Positions 27,201 through 41,096 of a DNA stretch of 64,000 bases are shown piece by piece. The DNA is from Cycas panzhihuaensis (Eukaryota > Plantae > Cycadophyta), in contig CM041465.1 of the NCBI GenBank assembly GCA_023213395.1, positions 101,439,741 through 101,503,740 on the forward strand, read 5' to 3'. The notes under the pieces are model-generated. The model made no database searches. It was given only the letters and a program-made list of their open reading frames with translations, and was not told the origin of the DNA. Within the stretch, counting starts at the first letter, position 1. Each line of letters starts with the position of its first letter. The translations under genes and the position numbers were made by a program.

Positions 27201-30200
27201 GAGATTAATAAGTGCATGAACCCCTTATAGAAAGGCTTGAGCCCCACACCATGTTCACAACCATACATGGGGTTAATTATTTTGAGAACAATGAGGCCTT
27301 ACTCAAGCATCTAACTAGTAAATCTCCTAACCTACCTCCAAATCACCACAAGCTAAGGTTTTAGAACTGTTTATCTATTAGATCCTACCTTACCAATCCA
27401 GACATCATGCAGTCCTCCCCCAACTTACCTATTGATTAGGAACCTCCTCAATTTAAGGAGGGTAACATCCTCTTTTTAGGAGAAATCATGGACATCACTC
27501 TTGCCCTAGGTAAAATTATTAAAATTAGAATTGAATGCTCCCCTAATGAGATACGTAAATATACTATATTATTGTGGGAATTCTGAGACATTTTTGCATG
27601 GGATCACATTGATATGAATGGCATAAGCCTAAGATCTTTACCCACAATCTCACCAAAATTCCTAAAGCCAAACCTATTTGACAAAACACAATGCCCCATT
27701 CACCTAAAACTCCCTATAATTGTCAAATTGGAAGTGGAAAAATTACACAATGTTGGCCTGATTACCTCAATAGACTATCCTAGATAGGTGTCCAACATTA
27801 TGCTTATCATAAAAAAGAATGGGCTTATATACATTTCTATTGACTTCAGGGACATAAATAATGTGTACCCCAAAGATAACTTTTCCCTCCCAGTTATTAA
27901 CCAAATCATTGATAAGACAACAAGTTTTGAGGTCATTCCCTTAATGGACAGTTCCTCAAGCTATAATCAAATCCAATGTTTACCTGAGGACCATCACAAA
28001 ATAGGCTTCACCACCCCATGGGGAATATTTGCCTATGTGGACATGCCCTTTAGCCATAAAAATATTGGTGTAATATATCAGTGGGCTATGTACTTTATTT
28101 TCTATAATCTAATTAATAAAATTCTTGAGGTGTTTATGGATGGCCTGTTAGGCCTCTTAGAAAAGAGAACTAACCATTTAGATGACCTTAAGAAAATTTT
28201 CTTAAGGTACAAAATGTTTCATGTCAGCCTAAACCCATATAAATGTGTCTTCATTATCACAGTTAGCAAGTTATTAGGCTTTCTTGTCTCTCACAAAGGA
28301 AGCCAATCTTGATAAGGTTAACACAATTTTAGAAATGCCCTTATCAAAAACCTAAAAATAAATCAAATCTTTCTTGGGCTATTTATGTTTCTTATGGAAT
28401 TTCTTGGCAAATGTTGCTATGAATGCCAAACCCTTAATAAATCTTGTCAACAAGACTCCTTTCATTTGGACCCTAGTAGCCCAAGCTGCCTTTCAAGAGC
28501 TCAAATAAGCTCTTAATTTGACCCCCATTCTAGCTCCCTCAATGTTCAACAGGCCCTTTATCTTATACATGTCCTATATGAATGAATCCATTAGTGTTAT
28601 GCTAGCTAAGAAGGATGATACCAAAACTAAATGTGTTTTTACTTTAATAATTAGACATCAGTGACTGCCAAAACGAGTTATACCCCAGTCAAAAAATAGT
28701 GTTTGTCCTTGGTGTTTATTGTTAAAAGAAATGAAACACTATCTCCTAGGCAACACTAAGAATATCATCATTTAGTTTAACCTTTTTGCATTTTCTCATG
28801 ACTAAGTTAGACTTGACATGTTGAATTAGTAAGTGGCTCATTTTAAAAAGGGGATAGTTGTGGCTGAGCAACTTAGTCACATACCCCTCCCAAACCATTC
28901 TAACACCTTTATTAGCGATTCCTTACCTAATGAGACCATCTTTACCTTAGAATAAATAGAAGGCTAAAGGCCCATTTATGACCAGTGGTATAATGACATT
29001 GTTCATTATATCATTCACCAGACCTACTACAAAAATACAAATAATAAGGCTAGATAGCATACAAGGGATACTACATGATAATACTATCTTATTCAAGATG
29101 TGCTTTATAAGTGATCATTTGAGGGTATTCTTCTCAAACATATCAATCCTAATGAGACTAGTCACGTTCTCCATGAGTGCCATGATAGCATATATAGAGG
29201 CTATTTTGGGGGGTATTCAATAATCCAAAGGATCCTATGCATGGGCTTTTATTGGCCTACACTTTTCAAAGATGCCCATACTTATGTGCAAAAGTGTAAA
29301 GAGTGCCAAGAGCATTCTAACATTATACATTAGCCTTTCAAGGCTTTGTATGTTATCATCTCACCTTGGCCATTTTCTCAATGGGTTCTAGACCTAATTA
29401 GAGCTATCACACCCTTATCTTCTGCCTAACACAAGTTTATATTAATGGCCATAAAGTATTTTACCAAGTAGGTAGAAGTTGTACCTCTCCCATTAAGTAT
29501 AAGAAAAATGGTGGCCACATTCATCCTCCAACATATTATCTACTATTTTGGAGTCCTTAATATCCTAATCATGGATAATAAGACTACGCTTTATAATAAA
29601 GAGGCAAACAAGCTATGTAAAATATTTTATGTTTCCTATAATACCTTGTTGCCCTACTACCCTTAAGTGAATGGGCAAATTGAAATCTTTAATAAGACTT
29701 TGATCAATATCCTAAAGAAAACCATCTCTAAATCTCAATGCGACTAGCACTTATAGATTTACCCTACCTTGTCCATTTAGATATTTACAAGCATGATATA
29801 TTTCTCTCTCATTTACAAATTCAAAATAATCCTGCCACTCGAGGTAGAGATACCATACCTAAGGGTGTCATTGAAGGGTTTTATTAATGAAGAATGACAT
29901 GACCAAGCCCATCTCCTTGATCTATAAGCCTTGGATGAGAAGTACCTTGTCATGTATCAAGTAAATCTAGCATCAAAGTCTAAAGCCTATAAGGCCCACA
30001 ATAAGCATTTATGGCCTAGGCAATTTTCCCTAAGAGACAAGGGCCTCAAATACGAGTACTTATACAAGCTCCTTTAAAAGCTAAACCCTAAGTGGGCTAA
30101 ACTATTTATTATTCTTCAAGGTTTGGCTAATGGTGCTTATTGCATTGTTATGCTAAAGGGCCTTAAGTTTGACAAAGTTATTAATGGATAGTTTCTCAAA

Positions 30201-30215
30201 AAGTTTTATAGCTGA
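24280..30215 (+). pseudogene. gag-pol: Tat element gag-PR-RT-RH-INT remnants
   Basis: LMKLFFRSL..LKWFYDL (gag); KRTIIDKRSLVN (PR); IDFRDINNVYPKDNFSLP, YNQI, FTTPWG and EVFMDGL (RT); RPFILY (RH); HECH..GFYWPTLFKDA..CKECQ and PWPFSQWVLDLI (INT); ends LKKFYS*. Confidence 0.93.
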
Positions 30216-30249
30216 CTTTTCCCTCATTGGGGGCACTTTCACTTTAAAA

Positions 30250-30900
30250 TAAGCCTAAACTACCTTTATGCTCCGATAAGAACCTAAACTACCAAGTTGC
30301 TATGAAATGAGCCTAAACTACTTTCGTCTTATATCATGTGTTGTCCCCATTAAGGGCATGCCTATTTATCGAGACCATCATGTCATTTGATACTTTACTA
30401 CAAGTAAAGTCTTTCTCCATGGGGACTTCATGCTCCTGCCATGAGCATAAACTGGGTTATACTCTGTCATGACTATAAACTATCATCTATAAATATTATC
30501 TTAAAAATAAATTAAAAAATAGTAAAACTAACCAAAAAGGAAAAAAAAAAAAAAAATCTTTACTTTACTTTATTATCTATACAAATTACATTTCCTTGTC
30601 ACTTCTCTTTTGGTTTGCTCTAAAATGAGCATAAACTATTTCCAACATATCCTCGCTTTCATGCCCAATAAGTGTTCCTAACCTCACATCCAATAGGGTG
30701 CCTTATGATCTAGAAAGAGCTAAAACTACCAACCTACTCTAAAAAGAGTTTAAACTATGTGGATCTTTCATGTTTCATACCTTTTAAGGTATGCCATTAC
30801 ACTATGCCCATCATGGCACCATCTTCTCCACAATGAACTTTCCTCCCCTTTGGGTAATCCCTATGGGGGCATGAGACTTCCCCATGAGTATAAACTTGCA
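30250..30900 (+). repeat. Degenerate dispersed/tandem motif GAGCCTAAACTAC in the Tat 3' region
   Basis: About 9 variants (e.g. 30251, 30281, 30309, 30443, 30627, 30717, 30746, 30886). Related TAAACTATGG motifs recur at ~35440-36200. Confidence 0.7.
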
Positions 30901-31118
30901 TTCGTTAGTCACATTTCAAGAGTACCATGCACTACCTTTGAGTTATGAATTATGATTTTAAATGTGTTGTGTGTGTGCCATGATGCCATGCATAAGACAA
31001 TGTCAACTAAGTGCATATAAATAATCACAACTCAAGCCCAAATAATCTAATATGACCAACATGCATCCATATTAGTAAACATAAGTATAAATCAAATGTT
31101 GGGAGCTTAAATTGGCCC

Positions 31119-31135
31119 CTACACACACACACACA

Positions 31136-31193
<58 letters not shown>

Positions 31194-31290
31194 TATACAT
31201 ACATTCATATATGTACATACACACATACATATGTATGTGTATGTGTATGTATGTGTGTATGTATATGTATATGGGGTATATATACATCAA
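31119..31290. repeat. (CA)n/(TACA)n/(TG)n compound microsatellite
   Basis: Directly visible. Confidence 0.95.
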
Positions 31291-31399
31291 TATATCGAGG
31301 GAGTTGGTGTCTTTGTAAGGGTGTACAATCACCTAATTGGTCAGAAAATACACTCTCCTTAATTCGTACAAGTCTAACTTACCTCTCCCAAACCCTATG

Positions 31400-33038
31400 A
31401 TATAACGTATATAGTTGTTATCTATCTACCTCTCTCTCATGGTCCCTCCCTCTACGGTGTCTCAGAACTCCCTGCTTGAGTGATCCTGGGACATTACAAT
31501 GGTGCTACCTAACTCTTCTCATCCATGTACCTCCAATGTAGAGTAGTCATGTGCATCTAAGAGTGACTCTTGGAAGATCTCTTAGCTAACCTATCAACTA
31601 AGTAGTCATATCTCATCTACAATAGGTCCCTCTCTTGTCACATCTCACCCAACTAAGACTTTAACACAATAATTTGTGTCTCTACTCTGAGTATTACTTG
31701 TAGTGAGGGCACTACTATTGGAATCCCTAACTCCCTCTAACTGCCCTCTAACTCCCTGACATGAGCTTGTAGCTCATCTCTCTTTACCATCCACATGGTC
31801 AGTGCCCTAATTAGAGGAGCAAACACCATTGTGTATGGATAGGAAATTATTGGTTCATCAATGCCTATCATAGGCAAATATCCCTCTACATATACCATTA
31901 ATAAGAAATCATCAAGGATCTAACAAATAAATGTTAATGTGAGTCCTCCACCTACACCCAAGTCAAAACGATTATCAGTAACCATGATAAGATATAAATC
32001 CAAAACTGAGCAAAAAAGTAACAAATATAAATGTATATCAATTATCATATGGAAATGAAATAGGGTTAGGTTGAGAATCATACCATCGATATGTCCCTCC
32101 TCCTCACCCTCACTCATTATTGGCTACTGTCCACCTCCCTTAGCCTCCCCTTCATCGCTTGGCTCTCCTTCCCCACACCACCCTTGTCACCACCTACATG
32201 TTCTAGCTCATCCTTATAAAAACCCCATTATATACCCATATACAGATCAGTGATGCAGTCATCCATCCCAAGCCAATTAAGTGCTATGCCAAAAGCTATC
32301 CAGCTAAGCTACTTGGGGCCCCTAAGGCTCTTGAACTATGTTAATCATTTATGAACCAATAAGTCCCCATTGACCACTAAATGGGGTTCTATTCTCGTCC
32401 CTACTCTAAAGTGATCAAAGAACCAACATTGGAGTAGTGTATAGTAAGAAAACCCTCCATAACTAGCTATCTTAATCTGGTCTAGTTGCATCCTTATGTT
32501 AGCCATGATCAATGTGGCCCAATCCAAGCACTACCCAACCTCACAAGTCTTAACTACATTAATCCATCTTTCAAGGATCTTATAATAGTCCTATCATTAA
32601 TATATCCAAAACAAAATAGCACATATAATCAAGTTGTAACCACAAGGGATCCTTAAGCTAAGCATCCTCCTCCCACATCAATCCTAATACCCACATCCAT
32701 AAAATAAGGTAGTAGTTACATGATGAGTGTATTCTGTACTTAGAAAAAGCAGTTAACTCTAATAGTAGTCCATTACATGGTATCCTAAGCATCCTCTTAA
32801 CATCCCTTATCATGATCATAACATCACACACTTTGGATAAATGAAAGGTTTATCTATGCTTATCCTAATGGGAGACAATGTTAATCAACAGGGCCTAATA
32901 TGAGGTGAATTGCCTTGATGATATAACCCTAAGTAGCCCATAATGCCTCAAAATCTCTCTATCTCAGTTATTCATCATCCTTATTAATGTCAGCATGTAA
33001 GAACTGATATTTTTATAACTATTGATTATTGTGATCAC
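31400..33038 (-). pseudogene. Antisense accessory gene of the Tat element: plant mobile domain (PMD, MAIN/MAIL-like) plus a coiled-coil-like tail
   Basis: ALLINIVSH*DKHR*TFHL..VMIMIRDVKRMLRIPCNG and DWATLIMANIRMQL..YYTLLQCWFFDHF match PMD motifs (LVERW....TFHLP.GE.TITL.DV..ILGLP..G; WG...LA.LY..L; LLQ.W..EH). Candidate splice acceptor at 33038. The lower boundary is approximate. Confidence 0.85.
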
Positions 33039-34945
33039 CTGTCGATGCAAAAAACTTGGTCAAAATAATATACACAAGCATAGTCACATCTTAAATACAT
33101 CAGGAAAATGATGAATGGATTGTAAAAGGGTCAATCTAAGTGAACGATATTAAAACTTTCTAAATATGGTCTATATTATAGACTTCCTTATCTATCTTGC
33201 AAAGAAATAAAATATCTTGTAGTGTTTTTCATGGCATTATGACCTTTCACAGAGCCGTATCACAAAGATTTCTGTGGCTTAAAAAAAAGAAAAACTCAAA
33301 AAAATAACTTGAAATTAGACTTGGATCAAAATATAATCTGTTTAAAGTGACTAGGGCATTAAACAACCCTAATCTAGCCTTGAATAGAGCCCAAATTAAG
33401 CTTTGTTTAGTTAAAAGCATAAAATTTAGGGCATGGCCCTATTAAACCCTCTAAATTAGAAAAGCCCAAAAAATAAACTCATTAATAAGTTTGATACTTA
33501 TTTGGCCATCACTTCACTCCAATTCTAACGGATCTAAATAAGAATAAATCTAATGGTAGGTTCTCGCGATATCACTTCGGGAAGGTTAGTGGGTTAATAG
33601 TAATTAGGTTTTCCTTAACAAATTCATAAGTCATAAATGAAATAATGAAAACCTAAAATAAATAACCCCCCCACCTCCACCTCCCCCTCCCCCCCTCCCA
33701 AAAAAAACCCCCTTTTTTAATGGCCATAACTCAGCGCTCAAGTATCCATTTTACCTCTTATTTATCCCATTTGGACCCTATTTACTCGAGTTTCTCCCTT
33801 GTGTTATCATCATTACTATTATCTCTACTACTTGGTCTTATTTTATGACCTAAGGTGTCACACTTTTTAGTCATTAATAGAAGTCATTAATGACCCTTTT
33901 TATGACTTATAATCACCCTAAGATAACTATCTCTTAGCATATCACTATTTACAATCCACAAGACCATTTTGCAATACTGGATCCAATTTGTTGGCCTAAC
34001 ATGCCCTTCTCTTATTAGGTATTGCTTGATATCCTCTTCCCATGAATGCTTTTGGCTCCTTTTAGACCTTAAGGCAACCCTTTTCCATGCATAACCATGC
34101 TTATAGTCGATTCTCTTGTCATCCTATAGACACCTCGTTATTACCAGTATCTCCTTCTTTAAGCCATAAGCATTCCCATTGCTCTCTTTTAGCCTTTTGT
34201 ATGTAAGTTTTGGCCTATAAGTGATCCATTATTATGACTCATGGCTTGTGCTTCTTACAATTGTATTATCTGATATGCTCTTAAATTGTAATCCCATTTA
34301 ATCCTTGTTATAGCCAATAGTTTAAGCTTCTTGTGGTCACTCGTCCAAGGATCCCATTACACTCATGTTCTATATAAAAGCACTCAGAGATCACTCATAT
34401 GAACTACCTATACTTTCACCATAGTTTGACCCTTTCATTAGTCTCTCAGGTTCTATTATGTCTTTACTTTATTAAAATAGGCTATCATGTTCTAGTTTAC
34501 CTAGTCCCCCATGAGTTACCTCGTCACCATGGTTTTTTTCTATATTGGAAAAAATAAAATTATATATATACACTAAAAAAAAATGAAAATAAATAAAAAT
34601 ATATATATTATAAATATGTGTGTATACCTCTCACTACCTTCTTGCCTCCACCTATGGTTTGTAGTTTAGGTCTAAATGTGTGGGTCATTTATAACTTTAA
34701 GATTCAACTATTTGGGCCCACCATGGCCTCAATCATGATCAAGACCTACTCTATATTTTAAGGATCAAAATAAATCATGGAATCTTGTCATGACACTAAT
34801 ACAAAGCCACTCATGGGGCCCATGTTCAACCTATTATTATAGTCAAAGTGTACACATAAGCCTGAGTCCTAGTAATGTTGGTTGATTCTCCTCTTGTTCC
34901 ATCTATTCATTTAGCAATCTTTAATTTATTGATACATTCCCTAAG

Positions 34946-35346
34946 GTATTGATCATCGACATTGATGAGGTTAATCATAGGAACCCTAACTTTTTTGTTG
35001 CATCTTAAACCATTTAAGACCATCTAAGGCATGTCTTGATTTATTATGGAGTCTAACTACTTGTAGCAACTAATAATATAGTTGAGCATACCACTATTAT
35101 TAAGGCCTTGACTAATGCATTAGAGGTTCATCGTGGCCCTATCATAGTGTTTACTGACTCCCAACTCATTATTTGTCAACTTACATAGGTCTAACAAGTT
35201 CATTACCCTAATTATATGTCCTTTCTAACCAAGTTAAGTCACTTTTACCCTAATTCTTTGTAGTGACAATCTGCCATGTCCCATGGGGACATAACATTAA
35301 GACCAATCAGTTGGTCACCTTTATTCTCAACTATCATTTGCCATAA
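34946..35346 (+). pseudogene. Stand-alone archaeal-type RNase HI (aRH) in the 3' region of the Tat element
   Basis: IDIDEVNHRNPN..VATNNIVEHTTIIKAL..IVFTDSQLIICQL..TICHVPWGHNIKTNQLV reproduces the aRH motifs DG, TNN.AE, DSQL and H.PR..N..AD.LA. Confidence 0.88.
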
Positions 35347-37506
35347 GTAGGCAATTCTCTCTAGGCCCATGGGGCTCCTCATTAAAGGTAGGTATATAGA
35401 CTACTTCTCTATTAAAACTTTTGAGGTCCACTCATTGAAGAGGATAAACTATGGTGACAACCCTAGGTAGCCTAGCCCATTAGTGAAATTAGGATAATAT
35501 ACAAGCATCCCCTCTACTATGGTAAGAGCCTAAATCATCACTATTACTCTAAAATGAGAGTAAAGTACCTTATAAATTTTTACATGTCTAACCTAATTAT
35601 ATCTCTCCGAAAGGGGTACTACTCCTACGGCATCTACAACCTCATCCCTTTCCATTTATGTTATTTCTTTTTTAATCTGTTCATATTTCAAATAACAACC
35701 AAAATTATAAAAATATTATAAAATGATTAAAAAATCTAAAAATGCTACAAAATATCATAAATGCCAAAAAAATACAAAAAACTTGTCTCTAAGATGAGCC
35801 AAATAGTTCCTCTTCTAAAAGATGATGGCTAATAAGGCTAAACCATCGCGATAACTTGTGACTTTCAAGTTTTCACCTTTTAGTCCTTCGACACACCTCC
35901 TCATTTGCCGAGGTCCTTGGCTTTTGAGCTTAATTCCTTTGGCTATCATATCATTTTCTTTTTAGTTATTGACACATCCCCTGAACCACTTAAGACTATT
36001 CCAAGAAATAGCCACTAAAGGAAATAAACTATGGTGTCCATGTTTATGCTCGTTTAGGCTTATTATAGCCATTGGCTTGCCTCAGTTTAATTAAACCATC
36101 ATCTAATCTTCCACCATAGTTAACACACCTCTAAAGTTCTTGTTGATGAGGCTAAATTAAAGGTAACATTCTTTGAACACCTACTAAGAAGGTTAAACTA
36201 TGGTAAACCACTTTCCTCTTTCATACTTATGAGCTTATAATTGATATAATCATGCTGACATCATTCACTGTCTTACAACCACAGTCTCAAGAGGCTCTAC
36301 TACCAAGGGAGCAAGTGTTTCTCATAATCTAGGAATGACATAGACATCATGACAATGAATAAGTAAAGGTACAAGGTTACTATTTACTTAACATAGCTTA
36401 ATGTAGCTTAGATTAGTTGTTTGGTAAGCATGCCTATGTTTGTTTATTAGTTTATTGGATGAGAATGATCATACCTTTCCTGATGATGATTGTGACCATG
36501 GTTAATGTCTATATCATTATCCATTCAAGCTTAATGAGCTGAGAGTGGCCACCTAGTACCTTTGCAAGATACATTTTTTCCTTTTATTGCTCTATTTGCA
36601 TCTTACTTTGTCTCACTTTGATTTGTTGGCTTCATTTTACTTTGATTTGACTCTTTTTTCTTTGGTTTCTTCTCATCCCATTATTTCTTTTGCTTGTTAC
36701 ACCTTCTTTTTTACAATCCTATGATAAGTCATATAATCCCCACTCAATTTTTGCATAACAAAGTCAAGTATACTAGTCCTTCATGGTATCACAATGATTC
36801 TTTATAATGCCCATTTTCATACTTGCAAAAGTTTTTAGACCCACATTTAGTCATGCATTTATAAAACCTAAACATAATTCTCATTTAATACCCTTCCAAA
36901 TCTATAGATAGCACATTGGTTTTATTGAAACCATTGGCCATGTTACATCCAAAATCCACCTCTCCCATGGTTTTGAGTCAAATCCATGGGTAATTATTTG
37001 TAGTTTTAGGCCAATGGTTTCCTCCCATCTAACAGGCTTGAAACTATGGTCTTAGCCCCTCATCCTCTTTTATTTAGATCTACTTTTTTTTCATTAGAAA
37101 GGAGGAGTCAAGGAAACGTTGATTGAGTTGTCATTATGTTATCGGATTCCCACCATAAGTGTTGAGTCCTCATCATTCTCCATCTTGGGCTTTAAGGTTG
37201 CTACTACTTGTGTTGGAGTATTTGTTGGCTAGAGTGAAACTACCACATGCATCCTCTTCGCCATTTAAAATGGGGTAATCCCCTCACCACTTTGGTTGGC
37301 TCTTTATCCCAAGGTTTGAATCAGTTTTTTTATAGTTTGTGGAGCACCACTTTACATTCTCTTTTTATTTGATGTTGTTTCATTTCTTCTTCTCTTTTTT
37401 TTTCACTTTCACTCTATTTTCCTTACCCTTATCCATGTGCCAAGTATCTTACTATGAGAATAGTGGCCAATTACTACTTAGTAAGTCTCTAAAGGAGGGG
37501 ATCAAA

Positions 37507-37558
37507 CAACACCTTATCGGCCATCCAAGTATTTCAGTTTATTTACTTAACATATAAG

Positions 37559-37616
<58 letters not shown>

Positions 37617-39493
37617 ATGCATACATATACATCATCTATATTACAAATTTGGGGCATGCTATTAAGGTTTTTACAAGTGGAGGAGCTTATCTTTTTGTAG
37701 GCTTTGAGGATGATTAGAGCAAATTGGATCCCCCTTTTTTCTCCCTTCCTCCTTAATCCTCTTCTCATCAAGTTTAAGTGCTTACTACATAGCTAATATG
37801 CTACCAAAATTATTTCAGAGACAACAAACACAAGGTAAGTAATAAACCTCCTTGTTTTTCTTTTTCAAAAGCTTTAAGGTTATATTAGAAACTTTGTTTT
37901 TATCATAGTGTAGTTTGGCAAGTATAAATACTACAAAAATTTTCCTAGAACTCTAGTTTTTATAGTTACATGCTTAACTAACCCTTGTGTAAGCCTATTT
38001 AACAATTTGGGCATGTTAAACCTACTAAAAAAATATAAAAATCATAGATTTAAGGCATTTTCTAGGTATTTCCTACTAAGTCCCTTAAAAGTAGTCCTTT
38101 TTTCATTAAAAAGAAAAAAGAAAAAAAAAAGGGTTTTATTTTTATTTGTTACAATTATTTTAAAATTAAAAGGGTAAGAAATTATTAGTTTACTTATAAG
38201 TTTGAGCATTCCTATCTGATATTCTTTTGCCCTTGCCTTTAGGACTTCTTTTTGTTTTAAAAAGAGAAAGAAAAATAGGGAAAAAAGAAAGGAAGAGATA
38301 AAAGGAACATTTTTTTATTACATCTTGCATTGCATTATGCATTCTATTTTGGTTATGTGTGCTTATTTTTGGAGACTAAATGAAGGAGAGGGTTGTACTT
38401 ATTGTGAGCCCTTAAATTTATGGGCTATATTTTCTTTCAGTTAGTTAAGATTCTATATTATTTTAGACAAGTATAAGTACATGCTAGTTGCATTAGGAGT
38501 TTGTTAGTTTGCCTCTTTAGTATTTATAGGGTAGGGTTCTTCTTTCCACTAAACGAGGGAAGTGGGGGTAGTTTTCTTTCTACTCAGGTGTCATTACCAA
38601 ATAAGAAGGATTATATTCTACCTTTAGGTGTTATCTTGGATCCATATTCTATATAAGCAATTGAATAGTGCATGTCCTTGCCATGTGTTATTGTGTAGGT
38701 TATGGGCAATTGAGTGAACTTCGTCTCTCTTATTAAGAGCAATGGCATATGTCTTCCTTCACCATCATAGAGCTTTGGGTTTGTTGTAATTAGATGTGGG
38801 TATTGTTAGGCTACTCTTACATTCATGTGAGAGCCATTTTTGATATTAACAAGTCCTCATTAACTTATCCATGAGCAGATCTATCATATGGTCTTGATTC
38901 CTTTACACTTCTCACTCTGGTTAGTCCCTTCCTTTTCTCATAAATCAAGTTCATCACATTAGGTCAAGTAGGAGTTGTGGGGTTTAGGATAAATCAATTA
39001 GCCTAGGGGGTTTGTAGATTCCATAAGTTAGACACATAATTACATAGGAGTTATGGAAACATATGCTTGATCAATCCCCTTATACCATGAGGCCATTTAT
39101 GTGTTGTTTGGTCCTTCTAAGGACATTAGTATAGGTTGATTGATATTATCTCAGCATTCACTAGCCTTGTTTCATTTAACTTTATTTGTTGATCATTGCA
39201 TGTTTATCTTATCTATGTAATTACATCATCCTTTTATTTTTTATTAGTAGTTAACATTATACTTTCTTTCTTTCATTCATTAGGTATGTTGCACACACAC
39301 CACATTACCCTTAGTCCTAGCTAGTCAATCAAGTGTTATTTACCCCACATTTATATACACAAGATATATAAGTATCCTATGGGAGGCATATGCATATGCC
39401 CTCCCTTGCTTGGGTCCCCCTTGGGCTTACTATGAGACAGTGTTCTGTGCACCCTCCCACCCCTCCCCACCCACCCTCACTCATCCATGTTCA
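37507..39493 (+). repeat. 3' LTR of the Tat element, with a short (TA)n tract at ~37560-37630
   Basis: Follows the PPT at 37491 and is homologous to 16164-18641. The exact start is uncertain by a few bases. Confidence 0.85.
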
Positions 39494-39498
39494 ACCAC

Positions 39499-41055
39499 TA
39501 TAATTAATATACATGGATTTATGTGGACCAATGCATATATCATCCCTTAAAGGTATTAAATACTTCATAATTTTTTTTTTTAACTTTATAAAAATAACTT
39601 GGGTTTATTTCCTCAAATTTAAATTAGAATCATTTTAATGCTTTGTTGATTTTAAGATGATGGTTAAAAGGTAAAGTGGCCATAAAATGTTAACTCTTAG
39701 ATTAGACAATGGGGGAGAATTCATTTAAATTAAATTCAAGGACTATTATAGATACTATAGAATAAGGAAATAATTAACTAATCCATATACCCCCTAACAA
39801 AATGGGGTAGTAAAAAGGAAAAGTATGATAATTATTGAGATGGCTAAGAGTATAATTAAGGATAAGCATCTTAGTAATTAAGTTTTGGGTAAAAGTTGTT
39901 CATACAACTATTTACTTATTAAACAAATACATGATAAAATTAATTAGATGTGTCACACCTAAAGAAGCTTATATAAGTCATAAGCCTAATATCAAACACT
40001 TAAGGGTTTTTGGTACATAGTATATGCACATGTTCCAAAATAAAAATAAACTAAGTTAAATGGAAAAAGCACCAAATACATATTTATAAGATATAATGAT
40101 ACATTAAAATCCTATAAACTATATGATTCTAAGGGTCAGAAAATCATCTTGAGTAGGGATGTCATCTCTAATGAAGATGTATTCTATCAAGAAGAAGTTA
40201 TTGAAAAAGATAAAAGCAAAAGTATTATGGTTGATATGGAACCTAATACAAATGGTACAAATGTACCTAATATAAGTAGAGTAGGTCCATCCACTTCAAA
40301 TCAAAAAGTTCCAAAATAAGTGTAAAGGGGCCATACCCTTAACATATCTTAGATATAAACTTTGAGAAAAGGACAACTACATCCCAAAGGATAAACTTTG
40401 TACTAATGTCACAATTTATAAAGATAAATAAGCATCAAAACTTTGAAGGGGAAAATAGTTAATATGAATAGAAGGCAGTAATGAAAGAGGAGTGTAATGT
40501 CTTAGTAAAGAATGACACTTGGGAGTTAGTTGATTTTCCACTAAGGAAAAATACCATTAGAACAAAATGGGTCTACAAGACCAAGTACAAGTTAGATGGT
40601 TTACTTGACAAGTACAAGGCCTGACTAGTTGCAAAGGCTTATGCTCAGGTTAAAGGCATAGATTATAATAAAATATTTGCACCTATAGTAAGGTTGGAAA
40701 TAATTAGATTGATTATGGCCTTAACTGCATAATAGAGTTAGATAGTCCATCAGGTGGATGTAAAGAGTGCCTTCTTAAATCTATATGTTAATAAAGAGAT
40801 ATATGTCTAATAACCTAAGGGTAAAGAACATAAGGTCTATAGACTTAAAAAGGTCTTGTACATAATTAAATAAGTACCTAGAGTACAATACTCCAAGATT
40901 GATAAATACTTCAAAGATAAAGGATTCTTAAGGAGCTAATCAAACCCTAACTTATATGTTAAGTTGGAAGGAAGTTCAATATTAATTATGGGCTTATATA
41001 TGGATGACCTAGTATATATTAGGAATTGTGATTAATTATCTTTAAAAATTAAGGA

Positions 41056-41096
<41 letters not shown>

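Larger units (their letters stand above)
16164..39493 (+). mobile_element. Large Tat-type (non-chromoviral) Ty3/Gypsy element inserted just before the integrase core of Copia B
   Basis: ~1.9-kb direct repeats at ~16164-18641 and ~37507-39493, both ending CATC(T/C)ATGTTCA. Degenerate tRNA-Arg-like PBS at ~18643-18664 and PPT AAAGGAGGGG at 37491. Order gag-PR-RT-RH-INT. The left edge is lost in the microsatellite. Confidence 0.9.

Noticed and set aside
30250-30900. CRISPR-like repeat-spacer array
   Set aside because: Repeats are short, degenerate and irregularly spaced, in a eukaryotic retroelement with no cas genes. The 36-bp and 69-bp duplications have no spacers.
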